NCBI RefSeq assembly: GCF_009914755.1 | Contig: NC_060940.1 | DNA: 64,000 bases | Direction: 5' to 3' (one strand) | DNA from: the human T2T-CHM13v2.0 reference genome, Homo sapiens | In this document: in pieces, positions 10,850 through 25,100 of the stretch | Layout of the letters: each line of letters starts with the position of its first letter | Numbering within the stretch: position 1 is the first letter of the stretch | Notes under the pieces: generated by a model | Seen by the model: only the letters and a program-made list of their open reading frames with translations | Database searches by the model: none | What the model was told of the DNA's origin: nothing | Position numbers and translations under genes: made by a program

Positions 10850-13800
10850 TGCAGTAGTCAGGCCTCCTGGCCCACCCGCCAGCTGCCAGCCTCCAGTGTC
10901 TCTGATACCCATGGGTAATCATGCCTTCCTTGGCAAGGCTGCTGAGATTCAGAAGGACCTAAACAGATCTTTGGCTCAGATGGGTTGCTTCAGCCTTGTG
11001 TCCTTGGCCATCTTCCCTTGCCTTCCGAAGGTCCCTGCCAGCCTCACTGTACCAAGCCCTGACCCTAGCGGTCTCTCCGTGGGGACCACATCTCACCCAC
11101 CCTCCATTGCCAGGGCTCCTGCTCAGCTCTTCTCACTTTCCCAGGACAAGCCTGGCTTCACAGACACATCTAGATCCAGCGCTTTTCTCTTTGTGGTGTT
11201 CAAAGAAAGAGTATTATTTTTTTCTCTAAATTGACCTATAACCTACTTATTTTGAAGATGTCCAGGCTGCAGGAGATCTCTACCCATCTACCCAGAAGGC
11301 ATCAGCCCTTGCTTCAGTACCTTCTCATTCCACTCTGTCACTAAATGTTTATGACCTCAAGAAAATTTGAAGAAGCATAAGCAAGTGCAATTCCATTGGT
11401 ACCAGGGCTGTAAGGGCGGGGCCAGATGGGTGAACCTCACTGGGGATAAATAGAAATTGTGTACAAGATGGACATTTCAAGGTTGGTTTCAAGAAACGCA
11501 GGGAAAACTAACTTTCATAGGTGACAGTATGCACAAGTTAAGCTTCCTAACAGCCACAAGTTCACAGGTTCTTCTATCTAAATGTGGCAATGTGTGACGA
11601 TGTCTGAATGGCCATAATACACATACATAGAGTAATTTATAGCATTCATTTTTGTATTAGAAATTGTGCATTTCAGCCACAAGTTTTTTATACATGATGG
11701 ATAGTCCCACATTGCTTGAAGATTGGAAGAGAGAGCACTTTATGAAATGTCCTTTTGGACACATTTTCATTGACGTTTCTATGTCCCAAGAGGCAATGAG
11801 ACAAGTCATGATAAACTGGCCGTGTCTTCTGGGGTTACACCTGAACTTCTTGGTGTCAGGACCGAGGAAACCAAGGACACAGATATGCCAAAGGTGAGGT
11901 TAGAGCAAAAGTTTAATGGGTGAGAAAAAGAGAACAGCTCTCTGCTGCAGAGAGGGATCCAGAAAAAAAGAGTTGCCATTCTGCAGTGAAATACAAGTGT
12001 TTTTATAGATGAGCTAGTGGGAGGGGGTATGTTATCCACATAGGGCATGAAAAAGTGGTTAGGACCAGGTGTGTCATCTGCTTAGAGCATGAATCTCTGG
12101 CAGCTCACACCCCAACCTTTTATTATGCAGGCAGATTCTCAGCCTGAGCTACTCCAAGTTGCTTATCTCTTTTCTACTGTGCATATGCTACAAAGAGGGG
12201 TGGGGCCCCCCATGTTGGATATGTCTGGCCCAAGGTGGTCATTTCTACCCATGCAGCTGCAGGCATCCCTGCCCACACAAGCTTCCAGCTTCCTTTTGTA
12301 TGATTGCAGCCCAATTTTCCAGGCTGCTCTTTGTTAAAGAGAAGTGAATTCCTGGGTTGCTTTCTGTTAGAAGGGACGTTCTGTTGAGAACTCTTTGCTC
12401 TATCTGCCTAGCTAGTTTCTTTCTACATCTGCTCTCAATGACAATTATTCAGTTTTAATGGGGTCCTGGGGGTGGGAACAGATAAATTTGAGACCACAAA
12501 GTACCTTAGAATAAGAATTCACCCTTTAGTCAGCTTTAGTGTGAGTTGCACATCTATTATAATATTGGCTTCATGCACTACTGAATATAACAAGAAGGGA
12601 AAATGTGTATCTTTTAAAAATCTAGATGACAAATGGACTTTCCACAGATTCTTTGTGTGTTCCTGATTTAGAACTTGTTCATTCCACTGTAGTTTGTTTT
12701 CATTGAAATCACCAACTGATGAGGAAGCCTAGGCTGGCAAGCAGGACACGGTGGATTATTTGCAGGAAAGGTGTTTTTGTGGGGACCCTAAAGGGTCAGG
12801 CACTGCAGCCCACAGGAAAGCCTCAGCCATGATTCTCTGTGGCGTTGCCCTGGTGGGGTAAGGCAGCCATGCAAAGCTCTGATTCCCTGTCCTGAAGGGT
12901 GACATTGGCCGGGCAAGCCCCAGCCTTCAGGAAAAAAGGACAGACAAGGGAGTGCTTCACGTTCCGGCCTTGTTCCGGCCTTGTCATGAGCTCCACCGGC
13001 AGCCTGCAGTGGGGCACAGCTTCTAGGTGCCTGGTCAGCTCTGGTCCTTCAGGAGGTGAAAATGACTTTTCTCCTGGATTCTCTGCCCTGTTGGCTGGGC
13101 CTGGGAAGGACTCAAGGTCTGCATGGCAGTTTCTGAGTCTCCAGCACCCAGCTGTCTCATTGTGATGATGACAGGGAGAATGGCCAGAAGTACCGGGGTG
13201 GGGAAAACGAAGAGCCAGCAGGAGAAGGCGAGCTTCCAGAAAGCCCCACCACAAATGCTTAGTGCCTGGGTAGGCACAGGGATTGCTGGGTTTTGCCTGG
13301 GAGCAAGTCCATAGGCCCTGCTGGAGATTGCCAAGATAACCACCCCCTGCCAGAGGTCACCAGGGATTGCCTGAAAACCTTCGGAAATGGTGCATGCCCC
13401 TATTGCTCAAAAACTGGAAGAAGCTGCAGCCTCAGCAGGTTATCCAGGCCACTGAGTGGGGCAGCGGGCCTACACTGAGTGCACTCCTACATTGGCAGTA
13501 GGCAGCTCTCCTGACCCATCCACCAGCTGTCTGCCTCCAGTGAGCAAGATCTTCAAGGCTGATCAGACCTCCAGTTGGCAGGGCTGATGAGATTCAGTGC
13601 GACCTGGTCAGATCTTTGGCCCAGATGAGTCACTTGAGTTTCAGTGTCCTGGACCAACTTTCCTGGACTTCAGAGGGCCCCTGCCAGCCTGAGTGAGCCA
13701 GGCTTGGCTGCATCTTCCTGGGAGCCCCATCTCACCTGCCCTCCATCCCCAGGGCTCCTGCTCAGCACTTCTTACTTTCCCAGGACAAGCCTGGCTCCAA

Positions 13801-15700
13801 CAGACATCTCTAGATGCTGTGTTTCTCTTTGTGGTGAGCAAAGAAACAGAATGAGTTCCATTTTTTAATTTTTTTCTAATTTTACCTATAACTTATTTAT
13901 TGTAAAAAGGTTTGGGCTGCAGGAGACCTGACCCACCCACGCAGGAGGCCTCAGTAGCCTCCCAATCCACCCTGTTACTAAATATTTCCACTCCTAACAA
14001 TATAGGGGGAAGCAGGAGCAAGTGCAGTTTCACTGCACCAGTGCTGTGAGGATGGGGCCAGAAGGGTCCTGCCCAGTAGGATTCAATAGGAATTATATAG
14101 AAATAAACATCTCAATGTTTGTTTGGACGGATTGACATGGAGAAATTTAATTTTGATAGGTTCTAGTACACAGAAGTTAAGCTTCCTAACAGCCATGAGT
14201 TTACAGCTTCCTCTTTCTGAATTTGGCAGTGTTTTTTGATGTCCAAATTGCCACGATGTCCACACATATTTACAATAGTTTATATTATTCATTTTGTATT
14301 ACTAATTGTGCACTTTGGCCAACAGTGTTTCATACATCATGGTTGGTTTCCAACCTTGCTTGAAAATTGGAAGTGACAGCCCTTTATGGAATGTTGCTTT
14401 TGACACTCTTCCATTTAAGGCTCTGTGTCCCCACAGTGCTACGAAGACAAATAGTCATCACTCTTCCATTTTGAGGGGGCCAGGGTAAGCAGGTGCAATT
14501 TGAGAATACAAAGTACCTTGGAAACAGAATCATCTTTCAATCAGTTTTAGTGTGAATTTCATTTACATTAGAATAGCCTGTTCATGCACTCACAAGATTT
14601 CAGGGAGGGACAATTGTCACCTTTGAAGAATCAAAGTGACCAACGGGCTTCCCTCAGTATTTTGTTTATTTGTTTCTGGAACTTAGTCATGCCATTGTAG
14701 ATCGTTTCTTTTGGAATCACTGGGTGATGAGAAACCCCAGGCTGGAGAGCTGGACACCGTGGAGTCCCTGTGGGAGAACTGTTATTAGGGTGGCCTAACT
14801 TGGAAGGCACTACAGCCTGTGGGAAAGCAGCATCCAAGATTCTCTCTGGCGTGGCCGGGTGCTGGGTGAGGTAGCCAGCCCAACAGCTTATTCTGTTTCT
14901 GGAATGGTGACTCCCAGCCTGGGCATGGCTTCAGTTTCCAGGAAACAGGCATGGGCCAGGGAGCGCCTTACCTGTTTACTGCTGCGATGTGTGGGGCCTG
15001 TATCCGCCACTGGGCACTCCACCTCTTCAAGTGGGGTCCTGTGCATTCCTTTTGGAGGCTTCAAAAGACTTTCCTCTCTGACTCCCGGCGTCTTCACCTG
15101 GACACTGTAGGACCCCAGATCTGTGTGTTTCCCAAGTGTCTATAGCGCCAGGTGCCCCATTGTGACAGGGAAGATGACCAAATTAAGTGATTAGGGCCGT
15201 TTGAAAAAAAAGCAGGAGAGATGCTGTATGGAGGAGGCCTGACATGACTGCCTCTAGCCTGCGGCTGCTGGTGCCATGCGCAGGCCGGACTGGTCTCTGC
15301 CAGGGTGATGTGATCCGTTGTGCTGAAGATTCTCACCATTTCCTTCCTTTCCCCATCGGGGACACCTGGGTAACCAGCTGAAGCAGTAGTTCCCCATCCG
15401 GAACAAAGACTGCAGACCCTCGCATGGGCTCCAGCCTGCAGGACACAAGCGTGAGCCTTGGAGGACCCCACATACCTAGGTGGTTGTGGGCTAGACCTGT
15501 GGCCTTCGCTGGGTTCTTGACTCATTTCTGGAGTGCGAGGGTTTTGTTCTTTTTCAACTGGAGGTGGCAGATGACTGTCCTTCTGGACTTCCTATATGCT
15601 CACCTGACCCCTGCGGGACCTGAGATCATTGGGGTTCCCAGGTCTTTATGGCATCACGCCCCCATTGTGACAACAAGGAGGATGACCAAAAGTATGCCGG
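10850..15700 (-). repeat. Old tandem duplication of an exon+intron unit (~2.0 kb) with three paralogous ~135-bp exon-like segments
   Basis: CACTTTCCCAGGACAAGCCTGGCT near 11135 and TACTTTCCCAGGACAAGCCTGGCT near 13773 (offset ~2640, which includes the LTR). AAAGTACCTT near 12498 and 14510 (offset ~2012). AG...GT-bounded minus-strand segments at 15610-15476, 15104-14972 and 13100-12961 share internal and flanking sequence (CATTGTGA...GATGAC). Confidence 0.8.
11812..12437 (-). mobile_element. Solo ERV1 LTR (MER83/MER61-like) with 4-bp TSD ATGA
   Basis: The minus strand starts TGAGAGCAGATGTAGAAAGAAACTAGCTAGGCAGATAG and has TATAAAA and ATTAAA signals. ATGA lies at 11808-11811 and 12438-12441. The paralogous unit has the empty site near 14456. 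Confidence 0.8.
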
Positions 15701-16404
15701 TGGTTGAGGAAGAGAAAAAAGAGGAGTGGAGTTGCAGGGAGGAGGCTCGAAAGGATCACCTCCAGCCTGGGGCAGCTGGATTGGCGAGTCAGGGGCTGGC
15801 TCCTGCCTGGGCAAGACAATAAGCCATGATGAACAATGCCATTATCCTCCTTTTCAGTTGGGGGTACCTGGGCATATCTGAAAACCTTGAAAAAGTGTTT
15901 GCATTTTCACAGCTTAAGAAAAGGAAGCAGCAGCAGCTACAGTGGGTTTTTCATGCCTTCCAGTGGCATTGAAGAACCTGCACTGAATGCCACCTGGAAA
16001 ACAGCCTGGACCTGCACCTTTGGGCCGGGGCACCCGTGGGAGCTCAGCCCTTGCCGCCTCAACCCTTTTTGGATTCTTTTCTCCCCAGACTGTCCCAGAG
16101 TTCAGGTCTTCTCATCTCTTGTCTGCCCAGTGAAGGCACAAGGGTGGAAAGGTGAGGGTGTGGAGTCAGGAGCTTTGTTCCAGTGCTGGGCATAGTGAGA
16201 AGTCAAAAGAGAGGTTATGATCTCATTGTGCTTGAAGGGGAGAGGCCAAAGCCTAAGACATTCTGCCTTTTTAGGGGAATTACCTTTCAAGGCTTATTTG
16301 GTCTTCACTAGCCTTTACATCTGAGGATGAAGGAGTTGAGGCTCTGTTACATGGATGTCTAAAGAGATCATAACTCTCACATTGAACGACACAGAGACTG
16401 ATAG

Positions 16405-16660
16405 CTCTAGCACAGTACCTAGGTAATGTGACTCTCTCTTGCTACGTGTGCCCTTCCTACATAAGGAAATGTGACATACCACTGGGCCAAGCACCCAGGA
16501 AATGTGACTCTCCCGCCTGTGGCCTGCCTGTATTGGGCAATGTTGTGACACATCTCAGAGCTGAGCACCTAGGTGATGTAACTCCTTTTTTGGGAGCTGT
16601 CAATGGAAGGGATTGTGACATATGTTTGGCCAATCACCTAGATGATGTGACTCTCTTGCC
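16405..16660. repeat. 3-4 diverged ~70-bp beta-satellite-related (BSR-type) units
   Basis: Recurrent (C)ACC(T/C)AGGT(G/A)ATGTGACTCTC ... TGTGACA(T/C)A at roughly 70-bp spacing. Confidence 0.7.
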
Positions 16661-16664
16661 TATA

Positions 16665-19476
16665 ACTCAAATTGGGGAGAAATTATATCTTGACAATATT
16701 GAGATTTTATGATCATGCACATTAAATGTCTTTCTATTTATTAAGATCTTTTGTGATCTTTCATGGCTCTTTCATTAGAAATTTGTAGTTTCCATTGTAT
16801 ATAGATCTGTGTGTCACAAAGGTCTATATGACAAAACTGAGACAAAGACAAACTGACGGATTCTTCCAGTTTTTGTGGATGGCTCTGGGCTGGGGCGTTC
16901 CTTTAACACATGTGCAGACTGTTGAAAACTTTGCTTCAGTCTTCACTTTCTGCTGAGCTGAGCCTGAAGGTCAGCCAGTGCTGAAAATGAGGGTCTTCTT
17001 GGGTCTTTAAGAAAATGTGTTTTTCGTGGTTATGCACAGAGTGCTTTGTCAATTTGCCAGCATACCTGGGTGCTTTTTAATAGCCTAATTTGTAAAACAA
17101 AACAAAATCTCACGTTAGCTTTTTATTCTTGGCTTTATGTGACCTATTGTATGTGTCGTCTGTAATCTGTTCTCCAGGGGGCTGCTGGCTTTCAGTTTCC
17201 TTAAAATACTCCCAAGTAACTCGTGCCAATTTTTTAAACTGATTTTTTTTTCTGACTTAGAGAAAAAAGAGAGCCTTGTTTCAGACCTCTGGATAGCCCT
17301 AATACAGATTTTAATGTAACAACACAATACTTTGCAAGTAAGACCTCCTCTTTTCCCTCTGGAACCACTGAGCAGAGGCCCATACTGGCAACTCAGGATG
17401 TTGTTTTTAAGACTGCCATCAAGTAAGGGAAGGATTTGGGCAAGGACGTGTAAAAAGTCCACGAGGCTTTTCTCCTGTTCTTCATTGTTTTTCTTGATTT
17501 TGTAGTTACATGGTTGCTGTACAACTTGATGGTTTTCAACAGGTTTTACAACATCGTTTCTGACAGTTCTGCTTGGTTTTCCCTGTTTCTGTGGAGGAGC
17601 AGGTGTTTGGAGCTGTACATTCTTGACATTTTGCTGATTTTACTCTCTCTGGGTTCTCAGTTGTATTTCATTGATCTAAATGACTTTCCTTGTGTCGTTA
17701 CTACACCATCTTGATTAAGGTTGCTTTGAGGCAAATTTTGAAGTTGTAATTTGTGAGTCCTTTTATTTGGCATCTTTTTAAAGATTTTTAAAGATATTCT
17801 TAGTCCCTTTTAATTTTATATGAATTTCAGCATCAATGCTTCAGTTTTTACATGGTAGTCACCTTGAATTCTAATTGTACTGAATCTAATTGTACTGGAT
17901 GTAGACTGTTTGGGGAGTTATTGTCATCATAATGTATTAAACCTACTGATTCGTAAACATGGAATGGTTTCTCATTTATTTAGATCTTCAACCTCTTTCG
18001 ATAAGGTTTGTAGTTTTCAGATTATAAGTTCCTTTCACATTTTTAAAAATTTATTTCTATGATTTATTATTTAATTGCTATTGTAAATGGATTTGTTTTT
18101 GCCTCAACTGCATTATTAGATATTTCATTGCAAGTGTATAGAAGTAGAATTGATTTTTGTATAATAATTTTGTACCTCTGACCTTGGTGAATACATGATC
18201 TTGGTTGCTTCCAAGTTTTGTGAAAACTACAATTAATATTGCTGTAAACTTTTTTGTGCAGGTTTTTGTGTGGACTTACATTTTCAATTCATTTGAGTAA
18301 GCTAACCTTTAGGAATTTGTTTGGAGTTCAGAAGACACCACCCTGCCACATAAGATCGAGTTAAGAAAAACTCATTTTGTGCAAATCAAGTTTATATGGG
18401 CCTATGATGAGGTTCATGGAAAAGCACTGTGTATAGTTGTGTGAATTTGAGCCCAGTGATTTATTATGTATTAATCTTGCCCTGTGTAGCAGATGTTCTA
18501 GGAGGTGCTGCAATGACTAAAACAAAACAAATAATTCTGCCCACTTGAAGCTGATATTCTAGGAAAAAATAAATATATAATACAAGTAAAATAAACAATG
18601 TGTAAGATAGTGGTTACTGCTAATGTGGGAGGAGAGTGTGGTAAAGAGAGCAGAGGTCTAAACTGGGTGTCTCTCTGAGCATTTATTTATGTGTTTCAGC
18701 TGCTAACTCTGACAGTTAACAAGCTTGCGTGTCTTTGTCTGCGTGTATCCACCTTTATGTGCAGTGAAAAGTCTGCTTTTGTATTTATGCCTGGGTGCTA
18801 TGTGTGTATTTGCTTTAAAATCACTAATACTTTTATGTTCTTGCCTAATTTCCTAGCTAACAGCTTTTTTTTTACCATGTTGAATAGATGTCGTGAGAAC
18901 AGACATCTTTGTCTTATTTCTGATCTTAGGTAGAAAGCATTTTGTCTTTTAACATCAAGTATGATGTTAGCTGTGGGGTTTTTATAGATGTCTTACAATA
19001 TCTTTTCTATTTCCAGTTTATTTAATGTTTTTATCATGAGGAGTGTTGAAGATTTTCAAACCTTTTTACTTTGTATTTTCCCTATATTAATACCTTGCCA
19101 GATGTATTATTAGAGTATTGTTATGGAGTATGTTCTATTATTCAGAGTTGTCCTGTTACTCTATTGATAGTGTCCTCTGAGAGACACTATTTTATTTCAT
19201 TTGTTTGTAGTCTCTATCCCAGTACCACACTGTTTTGAGTAACATGACTGTGAGTAACTTTTGACGTTAGGAAATTTCTCATTATGAAATTAGAGCTCTG
19301 AACATTTTTATCTCTTTTTTTTGCGATCGTTTTGACTATTCTTGGTTCCTTGAGATTTCACTTGAATTTTAGAATGTTAGTTTCTGTTTCCATTTAAAAA
19401 AAGTTATTGGGCTTTTGATTGGGATTGCACTGCATTTATAGATAATTTTAGGAGAAATTGCCACATTAGTACTTTT
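16665..19476 (-). mobile_element. Fragmented old L1M elements (antisense), with an L2 3' fragment at about 18460-18680
   Basis: T-rich antisense L1 ORF2 words, e.g. GTATGATGTTAGCTGTGGGGTTTTTATAGATG and TTTGATTGGGATTGCACTGCATTTATAGATAATTT. Confidence 0.75.
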
Positions 19477-20485
19477 AAGAGAGTTTCCAAGATGGCTTAC
19501 TGGATGCAGCCAGCAAGTGTTGCTCCCAAAGAGAAAGACCACAATTTTGACTACATCAACATAGTTTGAATAGATATTTGGAGAGAAAATGGATAGTGTG
19601 GATGGAGAAAAGGTGCGTTTTCTAAGACTGAAGAGCAAGGAAGCTGGGGTGCCCTTATGGGGTGCCTGAACGCTATGACTGCTTTTTGGCCCTGAGTGGC
19701 ATCTGGGGAAGAAGTGAGTAAAGGGACTGGGAGGCTGCTCACTCTCGCTGCAGACCACTGGGATCCTGGCTGCAGGAAACTCCACACCCCCATGGACATG
19801 TGAGTTGGCAAGGAGATCTCCCTGGAGAGTAGATGGAGATGGAGCTGTAGCAGGCACAGAGCCAGGACTTTTTAGCATGGGTCGGATCTGGTGGAGCTCA
19901 ACCATAAAGTCCCACCTCTGCAGCTGCCTATCTCTCTCAGAGGCTTTGGTCCCAGCTAAACTGCAGGGAGAAAGCAAGGCCTGCTTACCCGCAGGACTGG
20001 GACATGTCTATCCTGTAGGCATGCCTGTCCACCAGCCTCTTACATGGCCCCTGCCTGGCTTCCTGGGAGAAGCATGTATACATTGTAGTTTCTGCTACCC
20101 AACCTGGATGCTTGGCTCCACCTGAATGCATTCTGGCAGCCCAGAAATCCCTCAGATCCCTCACCACACTTGGAACCTGGCCCTAAGCATCAGGAAGAGG
20201 GAGTCATAAGCAAGTCGTGGCACTCCAGTGCTGTGGCCTGTGGTTCAGGAGTGTCAAGCTGGGATCTGTGCTGGGCAGTTGAATGGGGGAGGAACCCACA
20301 CTCTTCAGAAACTGAGAGGCCAGATTCACACAGGTTCACAGGCTGGCGTGGGCCCTAGGCACACCTCCTTCCACAGGGCTGTTATGGTAAAGATGCAGGG
20401 TATTTTTCTAGAAGACATCTCCCTGAGGAAGCCCCACAGCTTGAAACACCTAACAACAATGACAATAATGATAATGATAGTAATA

Positions 20486-20954
<469 letters not shown>

Positions 20955-21785
20955 TCAAGTGCTATCTACTGGATCGCAGTAGAGATTACACCACCAAAAA
21001 TCACTTTACTAATTCTTCCCCTGTGAAACCAAGAGCAAGAATTCAACAACAAAGACACTGTACAGAGTCCTAGTCCTCTGAAAACCTTCAAAAAAAGAAA
21101 GCCAATAGACTATACTCAATTTATACCCCAATTAGAGGTATACCAGTTCTCTCAGATGAGAAAGAATTGGCTCAAAATCTCTGGCAATGCAAAAAGCCAG
21201 AGTGTCTCCTTCAAGAGAGCCCACTAGTGCCCCAGTGATGGTTTTTAACAGTCTGAATTGTCTAAAATGACAGACATGGAAAAAAGAGCAGGGAAACTCA
21301 TTTAGATTGAGAAGAAAGTTGAAACTTAACCCAAGGAAGCCAAGCAATCCGGTTAAATGATTCAAAACCTGAAAGATAAAATAGCAATCTTAAGAAATAT
21401 CTAAACTAAAAAAATTCTTGAGCTGAAAGATTTACTGTGAGGATTTTATAATAAAATCAGAAGTATTTCCAGCAGAATAGACTAAACTGAGAAAAGAATC
21501 TCAGAGCTCAAACACTGTTTTATTGAATCAACATAGTCAGACAAAAATAAAGATAAAAGAATTAAGAAAAATCAACATCCCCATTGAGAAATATGAGATT
21601 ACTTAGAGAACAAATCTACAATTTATCAACATTTCTGAGAGAGAAGGAAAGAGAATAGGCAAGTTGGAAAATATGTATGAAGATATAGTTCATGAAAGTA
21701 CCTCTAATCTCACTAGCGAGGTTGCCATTCAAATCCAAGAGAACCCCAGTCAGCCCCTAGTCAGATACAATAATATATGACAGTC

Positions 21786-22199
21786 TGTATTAGTCAGTTC
21801 TCACATTGCTATAAAGAAATACTTGATACTGGGTAATTTATAATGAAAAGAAGTTTGGTTGGCTCACAATTCTGCAGGCTGCAGCGGAAGCATGGCAGCA
21901 TCAGCTTGGCTTATGGGGAGCCCTCAGGAAACTAACAACCATGGAAGAAGGAAGAGGGGGAGCAAGGCATCTTACATGGAAGAACAGGAGCAACACAGAG
22001 AGCGGGGAGGTGCTACCCATTCTTAAACAGCCAGATCTCATGAGAACGTTATCGCAAGACAGCACAAGGGGCTGGTGTTAAACCATTCACAAGGATCTAT
22101 CCCCATTATCCAATCACCTCTCAGCAGGCCCCACCTCCAACATTGAAGATTACAGTTCCACATGTGATTGGGGCAGAATCACAGATCCAAACCATATTG
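21786..22199 (-). mobile_element. MaLR solo LTR (MSTA-like) inserted in L1 ORF1
   Basis: TGTATTAGTCAGTTCTCACATTGCTATAAAGAAATAC ... CAGGCCCCACCTCCAACATTG ... ATCCAAACCATAT. Confidence 0.9.
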
Positions 22200-25100
22200 C
22201 TATTTCCATGTCACATAGTCATCAGATTCACCAAAGTCAGTGCAAAAAAAAATTTAAGATCAGTTAGAGAGAAAGGGCAGGTTACTCACAGAGTGAATTC
22301 CATCAGACTAGCAGCAGACCTCTCAGCAGACTCCTTGCAACCAGAAGAGGTTAGGGGCCTATCTGCAGAGTTTTTAAAGGAAAAAAAATTAACCAATAAT
22401 TTTATATCCCTCTAAACTAAGCTTCATAGGTGAAAGAGGAAAAAAAAAATTCCTTTGACAAGCAAATGCTGACGTGATACATTTAAACTAGACCAGCCTT
22501 ACAAGAGGTCTTTAAGGTAGTGCTAAACATGGATTCAAGTGAATGATATCTGCTACCAAAAAAGCTCACTTAAGCACATAGCCCACAGGCACTATAAAGC
22601 AATAATGCAATCAACTCTACATAACAACCAGCTAACAACATGATGGTGAATTCAAAATCACACATATCAATACTCACCTAACATGTAAGTAAGCTAAACA
22701 CCACAGTTAAAAGACACAAAGTGGCATCCTGGATAAAAAGACAGTACCCATCCATCTGTTGCTTTCAAGACACACCCTTTGCCTCAGAGTAAAAGGGTGG
22801 AGTGTATTCTACCATGCAAACGAAACAAAAACAAGCAGCAGTCACTATTCTTATATTAGATAAAACAAATTTAAACCAAAAAAAAAAAAAAAACACTAAG
22901 AGGGACAAGAAGAGCATTTTGATAAAGGGTGCAATCTAACAAGAAGCCTTAACTATCTTAAATATATATGTGATTACCACTGGAGCATCCAAATTCATAA
23001 AATGACTTCTTCTTTGCCTACCAATGAAAAGAAGAATAACAAGGGCATATTGATAAAGGATAAAATCCTGTGAGAAGCCTTAAATATCTTAAATATATAT
23101 ACACTTAATATTGGAGCACCCAGATTTACAAAATGACTTTTTCTTTCCCCACAAAAAGGCTTAGACAACATCACAATAGTAGTAAGAGACTTCAACACCC
23201 TACTTACAGCATTAGACATATCACTGAGGCCAAAAAAAAAAAAAACTAACAGGAAAACTCTGGAGTTAAACTCCACACTTGACCAATTGGACCTAATAGA
23301 CATCTATTGAAAACTCCATCGAACAACCACAGAATGTACATTTTTCTCATCTGCACAAAAAAAAATTCTAAGTTCAACCACGTGCTCAGTGATAAATAAA
23401 GCCTGAATAGATTAAGGAAAAATGAAATCTCACCAAGCACACTGTTGGAGCACAGTACAATAAAAAATACAAATGCATACCAAGATCTCTCAAAACTACA
23501 GAAATACATGAAAATTAAACAACTTACTCCTGAATAAATCCTTTGTAAACATCAAAGTAAGGCAGAAATATAAAAATTACTTGAAATTGATAGAAATAGG
23601 AACACAACTTACCAAAATTTCTAAGATGCAGCCAAAGCAGTGTTAAGAGGAAACTTTATAGACCTAAATGCCTTTATCAAGAAGTTAGAAATGTCTCAAA
23701 TTAACGATGTAACTTTGCACCTAAAGGAACTTGAAAAAAAGAACCAACCAACCCCAAAGCTAGCATGAGAGAAGACATAACAGCAATTAGAGAAGAATTT
23801 AATGAAGTTGAGATGCAAAAATGTATACAACAGTCCAAGAAAACAAAAAATTGGTTCTTCAAAAAAAATTGATAAGCTCCTAGCCAAATTAAAAATATAA
23901 AAAAGAAAGAGAAGATCCAAATAAGCGCAATAAAAATGACAGGTTATATTAAAATGGATCAGATAGAGATACAAAAGATCCTCAGCGAGTACTATGAACA
24001 GCTCTGCACGCAAATTAGAAAATCTGGAGAAAATGAATAAATTCCAGGAAGCACACAGTCTCCCAAGATGGAATCAGAAAGAGATCAAAACTCTAAGTAG
24101 ACTAATATCAACTTCTGACATTGAGTCAGTACTAAAGAACCTACCAACAACAACAACAACAACAAAAAGGCCTGAAACAGGTAGATTGGCTGCTGAGTTT
24201 TACCAGACATACTAAGAAGAAATGATATCAATCCTACTAAAATTATTTCAAAATATCGAGGCGGTGGGGCTCCTTCCTAACTCATTCTTTGAAACCAGCA
24301 GTAGCATGATATGAAAATCTGGCAGAGACACTGTGAAAAAACAAAACTTCAGACCAAGATCCCTCATGAACAGAAAATGTAAAAATCCTCAACAAAATAC
24401 TAGCAAACCAAATTCAGCACCACATCAGAAAGGTAATACACCATGGTCAAGTAGGCTTTATTCCTGGGATGCAAGCTGGTTCAACATATGCAAACCAATA
24501 AATGTGATTCACCAGCTAAATAGAATCAAAAGTAAAAACCATATGATTTTCTAAACAGATACACAAAGGTCTTCTTAATAAAATCCAACACTACTTCATG
24601 GTAAAAATCCTCAATAGACTAGGCATCCAAGGAACATACCTTAAAATAATAAGAGTCATCTATGGGAAACCCACAGTCAACATCATACTCAATAGGTTAA
24701 AAACTTAAAACTATTTCTATGAGAACTGAAACAAGACAAGGATGCTCACTCACAGCACTCCTATTCAGCTTAGTACTGGAAGTCCTATGCAGAGCAATCA
24801 GGCAAGAGAAAGAAAAAGTAACGAAACAGGAAAAGAAGTCAAACTATCTCTCTTCGCTGAAAATATGATCCTATGCCTAGAAAATCCTAGAGATTCTGCC
24901 AGAAGGCTCCTAGAATTAATAACTTTAGTATAGTCTCAGGATACAAAATCAGTGTAAACAGTACTGATTATGGTGAAATAAGTAGCATTTCCATACACCA
25001 ACAATGTCCAGGCCAAGAGTGAAATCAAGAACACAATTCCACTTAAAATAGCCACAAAAAAGAGAAATACCTAGGAATACAGATAACCAAGGAAATGAAA

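Noticed and set aside
15254-15448. MGNYCFSW... as a myristoylated first coding exon of the fossil gene
   Set aside because: The stretch is homologous to the donor-side intron of the other repeat units (about 14870-14970 and 12860-12960), so it is probably intronic.
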